A DNA stretch of 32,292 nucleotides from Dugesia japonica (Eukaryota), in contig MQRL01509441.1 of the NCBI GenBank assembly GCA_001938525.1, forward strand, positions 1-32,292, written 5' to 3'. A program made the position numbers and the translations under genes. The notes below the pieces were generated by a model. It did no database searches. It was not told the origin of the DNA and was given only the letters and a program-made list of their open reading frames with translations. Of this stretch, positions 12,701 to 27,700 are shown one piece after another; positions within the stretch are counted from its first letter, which is position 1; every line of letters begins with the position of its first letter.

Positions 12701-15700
12701 TAATGATTCAATTCTCTAAAAGTGATTCCCATTACTATTCACATGTCACTTTCAAGTGGTTCATTATTACCGTAAGTGATAAAAATCTTCATTTTTTATC
12801 ACTTACATTCATTTTACAAAGTGGTAGAATGCCTCACATTCTTAGATAGTTATAAACATTTGCTTTCAATAACTTTTTAAATTTGTTTATTAAAAAATTA
12901 AAATCATTATTTTAATTAAACCTAAAAATATCACAAAAATTTAAATTATGAAGAAATGGTCTTGAACAAGTTTGGTTCTTGAACAAAGTTCATAAATTTG
13001 AAAAAAATTAATGTTTTCCAAAACGTTAGAATTTAAATACAAAATCAGAAACTTTAAAATAAAAGTAAAGCAATGAAAAAAAACAAATCAAAAGTAATAG
13101 CAAAGTTGAAAGTATTTTCATTGATAAACAAATTTGGAATCGATAATTCTTAACATGAAGCTGTTTGCTTCATGAAAAAATCCAATAGAACAGGGATGTC
13201 CTAAAACTAGTCTTCGCGCATAACTCAGTAAGCCTAAACCTTACAATACTAGCATAAATTGTGATCTAAAGAATTGTCATATAGTGAGAATTTTTATTTT
13301 AATTAATCGTATTTATGATTAATATTCAAATTTTGTGATTATAATATTTGTATTACAAAATAAAATTTCACGTTACTATTTTAATTTTATCAAAATATGA
13401 ACCATAAATTGGTATTTATTTTTTTAATCAAACACGCAATAAACATAAAATATAAAGTTTTCTTCAAATGCTTTCTATTAGTAATTTACTTCCAATTATC
13501 TAATTGCATTCCCAGATATGTCAATCAAATTATCAAATAGATATATGCGCTAATGAAATTATTTTTTTTTCATTTGTATTATTAGGCTTTAAGTTCAGTA
13601 AATTTTTCCTTTTATTAGAATAAATTTCAGTACTGTTTGTTATCTTTTAAAATCAAATTTGCGTTGATTTTTTATTATTTTGTTGCTTTAAAAACATATG
13701 CGTAGTTCATATTTCAAGTTGGATAGTTAGTTTTAAAATTCCGTATATTTTCAATTTTATATAGAAGTATTTAAATAAAAAAAGCAGTCGATCAATAATT
13801 ACAAAACATATGCAAGGATAATTTTTGAATAATGTTTTTTGGAAATTTATTTTATTTTAAGTAAATTTGTTGAGAATCTTCATAAATATTTCCAATGATT
13901 CATTAATAATAATGCATTTAAGCGGCATTGTTTTGGTTTAGTTACTTGAAAGTTATAAACATTTGCTTTCAATAAAGAGTGAAGTAAATAAGTTCATTTG
14001 GTAGTTTTGGGTTCGAATTTAACTCTTTACATTGTTAGATGAGTTTGAAGTACTCATCGGATAATTAATGTCAAAACTCGTTTCCATAAAAGATTTATTC
14101 ACAAAACAAAACTACATCCGTCACTATTTGTTTATTCAAATAAATTAAAACTCTGTTTTAATTGGAAATCATTTTTCAATTATTTAAAATTTTAGTTAAA
14201 ATTTTTTTTCTTTATTATTAAATTTTCATTTAAAATATTTCCTAAACTTTAAATAATATAGTCATTTCTAAACATCTACAATAAATTGTGTATAAAAATA
14301 TTTAAACTAATCNTTAAACTATTCATAATTTTTATACAACAATTTTAACTTATTTTAATTTCTTATTTAATTCCTAACTTTAAATTTTTAAAAAAAGATT
14401 TTAAGAAAAATGATTTCCAACCACACAAAAATTTCAACTCGCTTTTTAAAACATACTCACACACCTTTTAATTTGTTTTTTAGTCTCCAGCATTATTTAA
14501 TAATATATTGTTTTTGGTTTAGTAATATTTCTTTCATAATCTTCATCATTTCTTTGCATAATAATATTCGTGAATAATATAAATAAAATATTATAAATAG
14601 AATATTGTAATCAATTTCCTTTTCTCGGTATTTTAATTTAAAAATAAAACATATATTTCATAAACCAACTGATTTTATTTTACATAAGAAATCTCGGTAC
14701 AAATTACACATAATTGAATGTCTGATTTTTCGATAATACAATTTTATTTTTAAATTTCACAAAAAATACTTTAAACTTCGTAAATCTTCAAAAATGAGAT
14801 AAAATATGTTAATGAAGCTCGAAATTGTTTCTCCTTAACGTTAGATGGGTGGATATCAAAACGTAACCCTTGTTATATGTGCCTTGACATCCGCTCTTTA
14901 TATATCTCTGGATTAAGAATAATAAGAGTTGAAGGATGAATGCCATTAACAAAAGTTATCGAAATAGTAAATCATAAACTACAACTATGGTATTGACGTG
15001 GTTATGAATGGTGCATGAGTCATGAAGATAATGGGTTCCTTAATGAGTATATACCACTGTCGTTGTCGTCTACATGATATCGATTTGAGTGTTGTAGATC
15101 TGTTATAAAGAAATTATTTCCAACATCGAATTTAAAAATTGAAAATGAAAGTAAACAAACTATTGAAAATTCTCATAAAGAATAAACGTCAAATGAAGAC
15201 GACGCGTTGAATGAATTTCAAATCTAAAATGAAGAAGCTCATTCATTAAAAATTATTAAGTTAGATTTTTTTACACAGCTGTCAGGAGTTGTACAACAAG
15301 TGCGAAATATCCAAAATGTTTTGAGAATCATCGTTGATAAAGAAATCCTTTAAAAGTGTGTCAAAATAAAATTGGAAAACCGTTAACGTTGATTATTGAC
15401 ACTTCTAAGATGAAACGCAATGCTATCTATGCTTAATAGAATTCGTGAAATGAAAACGGTTGTTAGAAAAGTTATTACGGACTTTAAATGTATTTTTTAT
15501 TTCCTTTAGTCAATTAATCGATTAATCGGTTTTTTCAAACCAATTAATCAACCACGTCCAAGTCGCACCATCGCCATTCTTTGATCATTCATCTGTTTAT
15601 TAACGCAGCCGCAGATGAAGATAGAAGAAAGGATTGGAGTAACAGGATACCGGAGATTGAATACATGATGAATGNNNNNNNNNNNNNNNNNNNNNNNNNN

Positions 15701-18700
15701 NNNNNNNNNNNNNNNNNNNNNNGTAGGAGAATTCACAGAGAACAATGGTTTGACAGCCAAAAAGATGACAAATAGTTAATGGAAGAAACACCTGCAAAAA
15801 GACAATTTCAAGTGGGAGACGAAGTATTGATTAAACTAGAAACTAGAACAAAAGATAATGAAAGATACGCTGGTCCATACAAGATCACGGATAAGTTACA
15901 TGAGAGAAGATATCGCATACGAAATACAAATGGAAAAGAGCTAGAAAGGAAAGTAGAAAAGCTTAAAAACTTCTTTTAATCGAGGGGGATGTAAGGATTA
16001 AAAAATTGAAAATCGCAATTTAAAGTTTGAAGAAATTGTTTCAAAAGATTTCAAGAATTTTTCAAAATATTTAAAAACGGAGTTTTTTGGAAGATTTGAA
16101 GTTTTGAAATTTTGTGTTATAAATAATAATTTATTGAATTTAATGGACTTTTCATAAAGTTTATCAGTAACTAACATAATCATTTAAAAATATGAAAACC
16201 GCTTTTGTCTTTCTGTATTAAAGTTTTTTTTAAAGAAGAAATTCAAGTTTAAATTAAAACGAATTACAACCATACAAACATTGTAAATATTGGCGATGAT
16301 TGTAAAATTGCTGTACATTACTTTCAAGAAAGAGAACATTTATAACTTTTGTTTTCTTAATAATCACTGGGCCAAGTATAAATAAGCATGAATAAATATT
16401 TTTTTAAGAAAGTTTGCATATATTTGATTTATTTATATAATCATTTTTTCGATAAACTGTTTACTATACCATTTTATTTTCAAAATGAGAATAGTAAACT
16501 CCAAAGTGGTATAGTAAACTTAAAATTGAGAATAGTAAAATTCAATAAGAGAATTTTTGTATTATTCTAACCATTAAAAATTATTATGACATTAAATTTA
16601 TAAAATTAATCAAAAATAATAAAATTTGTCAAATAGAATTTTTATTTGGATTTAAAACAATTAATTTAATACTAAATATTTTATATTGAATTTATTAATA
16701 TTGCATATTTTCGAAGTTAAGAGCTGCAGTGAATTTTCTTTGAATACTTACGATGGAATTGGCACATATAGTTGGTGTAATTGTCTGCAGACCTTCTTTC
16801 ATAAGGTTTTCCAAGGCTCTTACTCTATGTTCTCTTATGTTTAATTTGCTTCTGTTATTAAGAATACATAACAACTTATTTAAGAGTTCTCTTTTAATAT
16901 AATTCTTTACAAGAAACCAAACATTTTCAATTTGGTTAAACATTGGACTATAGGGTTCAAGTCTTGGTGTTCTGCTTTCACGAAATTACTGCTTCTCAAA
17001 CACTTCTTCAATTTTACTCCGAAAAGGTGCATTGTCAATTACCATAATAACTGGTTCACCATGTCTAACCATCGCTTGACAAAGGCAGGTTTCCATCTAC
17101 GCTTTTCCATTTTTTTTGGTTGAACAATCATCTTCTTATTTCATAATAAATACAGCCGATCGTGCTTTTACAACCTATTATATGAACATTAGCAACTTTT
17201 GAAGCAGCTGATAAAGTAGTTCGTGTTGTTCCCTTCAATTATCTGCCCTGTGTTATGGAAATATGAATATTTAAATTTGGAAATTATTTCTTAATGCATT
17301 ACTTATAAAATTTGCTTTATTGAACTAATAGTAAACAGACTAATGGCAGTCATTCAAATTACTATAGGAAAAAACAATCTCTGCCTGAAAATATTAAAGA
17401 AAATCGGTTAATCAGATCAAAAGGTTTTAAAGTAAAATCAAAAAGCCAGCAGAAAGATGCAATTTGGTTTTTTTCGGATGAAAATTTTTTTAACCAATAT
17501 CAGAAGGTTAACAGGAGAAATAATCGTTGGTTATGTAGAGACTCTAATGAAGTTCTTAGAGTAATGTACAACAAATTTTCTGCAACTGTCATGGCTTTAG
17601 GAGTATTCAGGAATGTAGACATGTGATGCCTTCTCACNNNNNNNNNNNNNNNNNNNNNNNNNNNNNNNNNNNNNNNNNNNNNNNNNNNNNNNGTCTTGGT
17701 TAGGCTCAATGCGAAATGTAAGACCTTATATTTTTCAACAAGATTCTGCACCATCACACAAGGCTAAATTAACGCAGGCATGGATAGCTGAAAATTCTTA
17801 TAACCACATCACTCCTGATATTTGGCCTCCTTATTTACTGCGTATGGAGCGTTATTGAGAAATAGGTGAATGAGCATTCTCACAACACTAAAGATTCTAT
17901 GAAAGTCACCTTAGTGAAAGTAATGTCAAATATGAACAATGCCCATTTAATTAAAGCTTGTAAACGATTTCGATTTCGTGTAGAAGCAGTTATTGAAACT
18001 GATAATGGTTTCCTTGAATAAAACTATTAAGCAGTTAATAAATTTTCATCCTTGTAGAATTTTTGGTTAATAAAAGTATTATGTGTCATAATATATCTGT
18101 TTTTCTATAAACATCATATATATTCTCAAATACCTTTCTTTACTTTGGTTTAATATTTTAATAATGAAAATTTGTTGGTTTTGCTTTGATAAATTACGTT
18201 TGAATTATAATTGTATGTCCATCAGATCAGTAGATTAATATAATCATTGTTTTCATTCAGCCAATAATCCTATTCCAGTATTTGGCAGGGAATTAAGTCA
18301 ACATTTGCTTACATCAAGAAGACATATCGCTTATACTCTCGAAGTTTGTGTAAGACATTTAGACAATCCTGAAACTCTTTGTGAAGAGGTAATAATTATT
18401 TGATATTTAAAATCAGTAATCTTCTTAAATTAAAGAAATCAATTATAATTTTTCTTGAAATTTCTACTTGTACATTTATGGGTAAAATTGTGGAATAAAT
18501 TGATTCACATTTCATTACTCAAGTCAATCAGTTCTTCAGTAAACTAACATAAAATTATATTTGATATTTTTTTAAACCCATTTAAGACAAGAATTGCCAT
18601 AAGGCACAATGCTTATATTTCTGAAAAAGGTAATTAAGTTATGGATTATTATATATTATTGGAAAGCTTATGAAAAGTAGAGCCCGTTGAATTGATTTGG

Positions 18701-21700
18701 CCCACTTAAAAAGTTTAAAACGCATCGAAAGTTTACTTTATTCATTTACCATTTTAAATTTAGTTTTGTAAAGTGATGTTTTTTATAATCAAATGTGGAT
18801 GAATTTTACCAATGAATTTCAAGTATTTTTTAACTATTAGGTTGGTACGAAAATAATTGCGGTTTTATATAATATTACTTTAAAAGTCATTATTTAAAAG
18901 AATCATTTGTTTTAATATATTAATCTATATCTCATTTTGAAGCGGATATTCAATTCTACATTATACAGGTAATATTTTATTACTATTTTATTGAGAAATA
19001 TTATTTTTGGAAGACATATTGGATAAATATCAAATACGAGCAATATTCCTATTCGAATTTAAACTGGGATCTAAAGCAGCAGAGATGACTCGGAAATTCA
19101 ACAAGGCAATCGGAAATTAAACTGCAAAAGAAAGAACGGTGAAATTTTAGTTTAAAAATTTCGCGAGTGAAGATGCGAGCGTATAAGATGGCAAAGATCG
19201 GGGACGTCCATCAGAAGTTGGCAAGGACGATTTGATCGAAGCAGGACCAAGCGCAACAACTCCGAAGCTTGGGAAGAATTTAGGCGTAAGTCAAGTAACA
19301 GCTTTTTACCACCTCCATAAACTTGGAAAAGTATGAAAGCTCGATAAAAGGGTTCCACATGAATTGAACGATTTTCCGAAAAATCGTAGTTAAGAGATCT
19401 CCTCAGCGAATCTGTTTAGAAATAAAACCAATCCATTTCTTGATTGCATTGTGACTTGCGACGAAAAATGGATTGTATACGACAATAGAAAGCGGACATC
19501 GCAATGGTTGGACAAAGGCGAAGCACCATATCATTTTCCAAAGCCGAAATTGCATCAAAAGAAGACAATGGTGACGGTTTGGTGGTCCACAGCCTGCTGG
19601 TTCATTACAACCTTTTAAATCAAGGTGCACGAAACGCACCGCAAAATGAAATCTATGTGAGCTGCATTAGTTAACAGAAAACATACCATTTCTCTTCACG
19701 ACAATACCCGTTCACACGTTGCTAAACTATCCCTGCAGAAACTGAATGGTTTAGGATTTGAAAGTCTGCCTCATCTACCATACTCCCCGGACCTGTCGCC
19801 AACCGACTATCATTTTTTTATCATCTCCGATTTTCATCAAGAGAAAGTCTTCCATAACGACAACAATGTTAAAAACGCCTTCCTCGAGTTCTTCGAATCC
19901 AGGACAGCGAATTTCTATTTTATTGGCATAAATATACTTATTTCTCGTTGGCAGAAATGTATTGATTGTAATGGTTCATATTTTGAATAAATATCTTTAT
20001 GTTTTCCGATATTTTTACTTTTGCTTTTATATGTTAAAAACCTCAATTATTTTCTTACAAACCTAATATATTCAACCTAATAATATTCACTGATTATGGT
20101 TTATATTTCTCAAAATTTATGTTTTNNNNNNNNNNNNNNNNNNNNNNNNNNNNNNNNNNNNNNNNNNNNNNNNNNNNNNNNNNNNNNNNNNNNNNNNNNN
20201 NNNNNNNNNNNNNNNNNNNNNNNNNNNNNNNNNNNNNNNNNNNNNNNNNNNNNNNNNNNNNNNNNNNNNNNNNNNNNTTTCAAAGGGTTAAATTAAATTT
20301 TATTTTATAATAGGTTTTTTATAAGTTAAATATAAAAAACGAATAGTAAGGCGTGTATATAATTGGTAACAATTAATTGGGTAGTAGTTTGGAATAAACT
20401 TTGAGTTTAGATATTCACATATTAGTTTTATGTTAATATTCTGCCTCATTTTTTTATTAATTTTATCATTTAGTAGTTCACCAACATTAGGGATTCGCAG
20501 CCTACTGGTATAAATTATGGCTTTATACATTTTTATTTTTCTAAAATAGAAGTCCAATCTGTAATTTTTAATAACTGAACGAATGCCATGTTATCATTAA
20601 AATTAACGGTTATTACTTTTTATGTAAAAATTGCATTCTTTTATATCAATTTTTTTATATAACAGTATCAAATCATGTTTAAATTTGTTTTTTAATTATC
20701 AGTTCTTTCTTTAAAATAATAACCAAAACCACTATATAACCAATAAAACACGATTTTGTGGCTATTTATATAAACAATCATCTTAATAAAATCCAAATGT
20801 AACTGTTGAGTTGAACTCGTTTCATTTTCTTACTGTGCTGATATAAGGTTATGCTTGTCTGTACATTTCATCCTCTTTTGTCAAATTATTAATTACTAAA
20901 ATAAAATAGAATACTTTCAATAATTGGTCATTTCAATTTACTTATATTTCAATTTTTATATCACGCCGGCAAGAATGTAATGTCGTTTTTGCATGCATAA
21001 ATGACTAGTTTTTAATTCAGATGTTATTAACATAAAAAAAATCTTTTATTGTTAGTTTAAACTACATGCCTAGCTCTTGAATATTATTACAGATATTAGC
21101 GACCTACTTCGTTTAAAACATGTATTATTTTTAGTTCCAAATGTGTGGCGAAAAGCATTCGCGACACTGTATGTTATACAAGTTCCAGAAAGTTAGTAAC
21201 GCCACTTTGACAACCCAAAATTTGTGTGATAATTTTAACAAATAACAATAACCAACATGTAACAATAGGAAACAAACATTTATGGAAATATGTCCTTAAA
21301 ATCGCGTATGACTGACTACCTTTGATCTTAAAATTAGCAGTTATACAATATACATTGATTCATTCAATTCATGAATGAAAAAAATAAATAAATAAATAAA
21401 ATAAAAAATCTTCTTAAATTTTCTTCCAGTATTTATCTGCAATTTGAACAATATTATTTTTTCACACAAGCTCGCAAATATCAAATGATTGGCATCCGAG
21501 GAATTATCAACCTTCATTAAAAAATTAATGATTGATCTTGATGAAGTAAAAATGTTTGTTTTTAATAATTTCACTTTGATATTTCCACGAATTTAGTTTT
21601 CGAAAAAATGCGTTTGATAAAANCAGTAGCGTATATGAGCATTACTCCTAATTTAAACCACCTCCATCCTTGGACGTAGTTCAGAATGGTTATCATTAAA

Positions 21701-24700
21701 TCAAATTTCATCAATATTCTACCAGCTCATTATTTTGTAATGGTCTAATTTGTAAAATGTAAAAACTCACGAGTTAATTGGCTTAAACTAGAAAATTGAC
21801 ATGATAGTGCTAATCTCTGTGTCGATTGCCTCTTACGATCGGTAAATTTTACTGGTCTCCAAAGTTTTGGTTTTTCATCAACCACTGACTACAAATAATT
21901 AAATTTGTGAACATTTTTTGGCAACCATATATTGATGACTGCACTATAAACATTTTCTTCAGTATTGACAAAACTTTATTTTAAGTTTTGTCAGATTTAT
22001 GAAATGCTATTACCACTACTATTTCTTCTTGACTCTAAAATCAAACCTTCATGATTAAATACATTTCTAAAATTAATATTGAAACACGGAAGTATAAATT
22101 AATAGTGCAGCATAAATACACAATAAAAGCAAAACATAAAAATCTATAAGCAAAATACATAAGTTTTGAAAAAATATCGAATTTTTTATTAAATTATTGA
22201 ATATTTAAAGAAATGTTTAAAGTTTGACATTTCCATTTTGATTTAAATAAATTTAACTTTAATTTTATATATAAATTTATGTATATTTATTTTTTAATTT
22301 AATAATTTTACATTTTAAATAATTTGTAACTTATTAATATTTGAAAATATAATTTCCCATTCTCTAATGTTTCAAAAGTCCTAGGCTGAACACACAAACC
22401 AATGAGACAATACACACCCACACATGTCCATCAATCGATACAAATAAATAAGGTTGAATATCGTGACATGGAAACAAATTTCTTGATAAATTTAGAATAC
22501 CAGATACAAATTTTTCGGGTACAATTAAATAATTACAGAATGATAAATAATTTATTGTTTTCATAGTAAATTATACTGGTTTATTTCTTTTGGAACTTTG
22601 CCATTAATAGTAGAATTTCATTTGTTAGCCATTCAGNNNNNNNNNNNNNNNNNNNNNNNNNNNNNNNNNNNNNNNNNNNNNNNNNNNNNNNNNNNNNNNN
22701 NNNNNNNNNNNNNNNNNNNNNNNNNNNNNNNNNNNNNNNNNNNNNNNNNNNNNNNNNNNNNNNNNNNNNNNNNNNNNNNNNNNNNNNNNNNNNNNNNNNN
22801 NNNNNNNNNNNNNNNNNNNNNNNNNNNNNNNNTTTGAAATAATTAGTACTCTTAAATAATATAAAATAGTATCACCGAATAAAAATGAAAATATTTTAAT
22901 AATAAAAATTTAAAATTATAATAAATAATAATAATTATTATTATTAGTTAAATTAATATTTTCAGTCTTCCATAAAAATTTATTAATTATTACAAATTAT
23001 TATTCACACAAATTTTTAAAAACGATATAATTGTAATATTTGATCAAATTTTTCACGTCTTAAAATATTGTAATACAGTCGAACCTCCATATAACGTCAC
23101 ACATATGGACCGGAACTGAGTGACGTTATAGGGAAGTTTGAAATTANATTGAGGTAAATTTTAATTGGAAAATTAATTTTGGGTTTAAAAAAGTGACTTT
23201 ATAGAGAGGTTTGACGTTATAGAGAAGTGGCGTTATAGAAAGGTTCGATTGTATTAACATTTAAAATAATAAATAAGTCAGTTTTAATTTTGAAATGTGA
23301 AAAATTTATTATTATTAATATTATTAACTGAATTCTCCCCATAAGATGTAAATATTCTGTACCAATTTTCTTTGTAAACCTTTAATGACTTCTATATAAT
23401 TTTGATGGTCCAGTGGGCCACTATCTGTCTACTATGGTGCAGAAAGGTTAGTCCCAATAGAGGAGAGCATAGACATAAACTACAATTAAATTCTGTTAAT
23501 GATCGACTGAACCAGCGACTTATTGTTGAACCCTCATTAATTATTACACGACCATAAGAAAGTGTATTGAACATAATGCTGACGATTTTTCCAATTTGAA
23601 TGATGTTGATTATTGAATAAAGTTCTCGTCTTTACTAAATTTTATTTACATTACAAAATCTGTNNNNNNNNNNNNTATTAGATTTCCATGTTGGAAGTGT
23701 TTTAGCAATACTTCTTGAATAATATATTAATTGTGTTTTAATCTTGTCTATCAACTACGATGAGTATTATTCTACATACACTTCATTTTCTTTATCAATT
23801 TCTGCATTTTATAAATTAAATATTTATTTGAAAATTTATTGCTTTCATATTCATTTTAGGGACTATTTAGAATTGCTGGTGGCAAAAACAAAGTCGATAC
23901 ATTATCAGTATGTTTATATACATTATTGTTTCTTATTAAATGAATTTTACAATTTTGTAACTTAAAAAACACGTTTTATTCAGAGCGCCTTTAATGTTTT
24001 CAAAGTTGAAAAAATTATCAAACAATACGATCACTTTGTGATTGCTGATTGTTTGAAGCAATACCTCAGATCGTTACCTGAGCCTTTGTTGACTCATCAT
24101 TTATTTGATGATTGGATGAGAGCTGTCAATAAGTCAGTTATCTATTTTGTTTATAAAATTTGTAGTGTAATGATTAAATAAACATGTATAACTAATCTTA
24201 ATATTAAAATAATTTTCACTAAATTGAAATCTTCTTAGTGTAATTTTGAATATTAAAATTATTAACATTTTCGCAATTATTTAGAAACCAATACTTCTCA
24301 GTTGCTGTACTCAATATTTAATAGCATATCAGTGTGCAATGTTTAAAAATTATATATATTATATTATCTTAATTTTAGTTATGTGTTCTTTTACATCTTA
24401 GTAGTAATAGTATGATTCTAGTTCTTTTGAAACATCGAAGACATGAATTAAGTTTGTTAAGGCGACTGTTCTGGAGAATTAAATTTAAATATTATTACAC
24501 AATATTGTTGTCGAAAAAAAACCAATTTTGTTCTAAATATGTTTGTTAGTTGAGTTTGAAATTAATAGGATAATTAATGTCAAAACTCGTTTCCATAAAA
24601 GATTTATTCACAAAACAAAACTATATCCATCACAATTTGTTTATTCAAACAAATTAAAACTTCTCTAATTGGAAATCATTTTTCAATAAATTTGAAATTT

Positions 24701-27700
24701 TAGATTAAATTTTCATTTAAAATAATTTTGAAAATTTAAATAAAATAACCATTTGTTATAAAAATATCATTTAAAATTCTTCCAAAATTTTAAAACAAAA
24801 TTTCTAAAAATCTCTAATAAATTGTGTATAAAAATAATTAGATTAATTCTTAAACTATTCATAATTTTTGTACAAAAAATTTAATTTAATTTACTTTAAT
24901 TTCTTAATTAATTTCTGACTTTCAATTTTTAAAAAAATAAAGATATTAAGAAAATGATTTCCAACCAAAGCACAAAAATTTCAACTCGCTTTTCAAAACA
25001 TACTCGCAATGTTTATTGTAAAATTATAATCTTATGATTAAATTTTAAAAAGAAAGCTGCTCAGACAATATGTATTGTAAGAAAAAGGTACAATTTGAAC
25101 ACAATTCAATAATCATTTTTACAGTCAGATGTTTTACTCAATATTTGATCTAAAATAATGTTATAAAATCATCAAAGTACCATTTGTATAATTAATATTT
25201 GACGATATTGTTCTTTAGAATTCATTTAAAATAAAAGCTTCGATCAAAAAAAATTTTTTATTGTTTTTTTAGATTGATTCGATATTGTTCTTTGTTCATT
25301 GTTCCTTTTAACCTACAAATACTTCCAACACCAAGTGAGGCAAAGTATCCCCAGACCATCATTCTTTTATCTTGCTTGATTGTTCCTGTCATGCGTGATT
25401 TGGAATTACGCTCATTATGAAGTCTTCAAACACGAATAACACTATTCAGCGAATACGAATCGAATCCGAATAATAACAATTCTTAAGTATAATATCTACC
25501 AATGCCTTTAAATGCAAAATACCTATTAAATTTGATAATATTTAATCAAGATGAGACTTTATCTTAAGCTCTTATATTAATACCTGACATTATCACTTTT
25601 AAATTTCTTCCTTTGAGTTTAAAATTCTAATAAAAACCAATCAAATCAATATTTTAAATGAATTAATTATGCGATTATTAAATGTACTTTAATAAAAAAA
25701 TTGACATATTATTGTTTTTATTATTTTAGTAGCCTATTAAAATTTTATAAAATTTAAAAACAATATGTCGAATAAAAATTATAATGATATTAATTCCGAG
25801 AAATGATATAAAAATTAAAATTTGAGATAATTATGAAAGTCGATAATATTAGATCTAATTATGAGTTATGATGACTTATTTTACGAATACTTGAACAAAA
25901 ATAGTGAATATCGAATCCGAAACTTCATCAAAATTCGATCGAATCTGAATCCGAATAATAAATTTTCAGAAACCCTACTTACCGCAAAGTGGGTCATATG
26001 TAGTACAAATACTATATTATTCTCATAATATAGAAGCTCATACTATATTAAACCTAAAAAACAAACTAAATTTCTTGCATGAATGTCCAAAAAATATATT
26101 TATGATGCATATGTCCCAGAGAAAGTGATTATAACNNNNNNNNNNNNNNNNNNNNNNNNNNNNNNNNNNNNNNNNNNNNNNNNATGTTTGTGCCATATAT
26201 AGTAAATTATGCAGTAAGGGGTTAAATAGTGTATTCTCTTATTTTATATTTTTATCAGTCAAAATATTATGATGGAATTTATTGAATCAAATATTTATTT
26301 AAATTGAAACCGATAACAACGCAGATTCATTTCTAATTGCATATCTGTACTTAATCTTAAATCATAAATTTAGAAGGAACTAGCAGCTTTAAATTACGAA
26401 ATTAATTGCTTTCAATTATTAATTCCTAATGATTATTTTGAAAATATCTATGTCAATTTTAAGGCTAACTAATAATTGCTTTTTGAATCATCTCAAAGCA
26501 ATTCAGTGATTAATGCTTGCTAAATATTTGGTTTCCCGTTGTTTTGTTTGTGTCGTGACAATAATGCCAGTTTAAGAAATTTCATTGTCATATGAAATGA
26601 GAATTTTTAAATTTGAATTTTATGTATAATATAGAGAAATAAATAATTTTATTTTTGTTGTTCATTTATTTTTAGCGAAAAATTCAATTTTTCAACTGTT
26701 TTGAGAAAGTATTATACTGTTTTCTTTTTTTAAAATTCGTATTTCTTGTTACCAATTACTAATTGGAATTTTAGTTACTCCAATTGCCTAGAAAAATTAA
26801 CCATTAAACTCTTTTTAGAAACTCATATCAAATCATGTGTGTTACAGTCCTATTGCTGTGTATGCTTGTTAATTATATTGTATCCACCTGTGTGTACATA
26901 CTTGTTAGCAAAATTTGCACAGGTCAATTTTTGTCATTGATCGATAACTAGAATTAAATTTGAAAATNCAAAAAGTACATAATATATTATTAATTTAACT
27001 TCATAATATTATCCGAAATTTTGTAGTAATTTGTCCTAGTTTTATTAAATAATTGATATCTCCAATTTTATTATTATTATTAATATAATTATTATGAATT
27101 TTTGATTTCATATTTTAAGAATTTTAATTTGAAAATTCTGTCACAAATGTGTTGAATTATTTGAATGTTTGCTTTATTATATCTATTTAATTTTTATTAA
27201 TGTAGTTATTAAAACATTCATAGTTATCCATGTACAGTTAATCGTAATAATGAGCTCATAAAATAAAATTTATTGGTATTGGTAAAAATCTCTATATAAA
27301 ACATTTTTTGCATTTAATAGAACACTAGTTATAATTTGCCTAGTAATTTATCACATATAAACTAAAAGTATCAACCGAAAAGGATTTCTTAAATATAGGT
27401 TTTCTTTTCTAATTTAATAATATATGCAAATAAATTAAATTAATTTGTCTTATAGTCAAAACGAAGAAAGTCGTCTTTCTGCCATGAAAGTGTGTCTAAG
27501 TAAACTACCAGTGGCCTATTTCAACAACCTCAGTTATTTGATTGGCTTTTTGGCGAAAGTATCAACGTACTGTGACAAAAACAAAATGACTCCTGCTAAT
27601 CTTGGAATTGTGTTTGGCCCGAATCTGTTATCAGCGGATAGTTCATCAAGTGGACTTTATAACAACTCTATAAGTTCCACCAATACTGTAAGGAAAAAAT

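Noticed and set aside
22364-22564. Moderately complex minus-strand ORF (also 28342-28557) as a nested gene
   Set aside because: No recognisable domain or supporting exon chain; probably decayed repeats.
25971-26225. Possible piggyBac-like MITE (aaccct...aggggttaa)
   Set aside because: No TTAA on the left, weak TIR match, and a gap in the middle.
27688-27693. Strong-looking donor ACT|gtaagg inside exon G
   Set aside because: It is phase 0 while exon H needs phase 2; nearby AGs (27784, 27788) do not restore the frame, and the ORF stays open to 27861.
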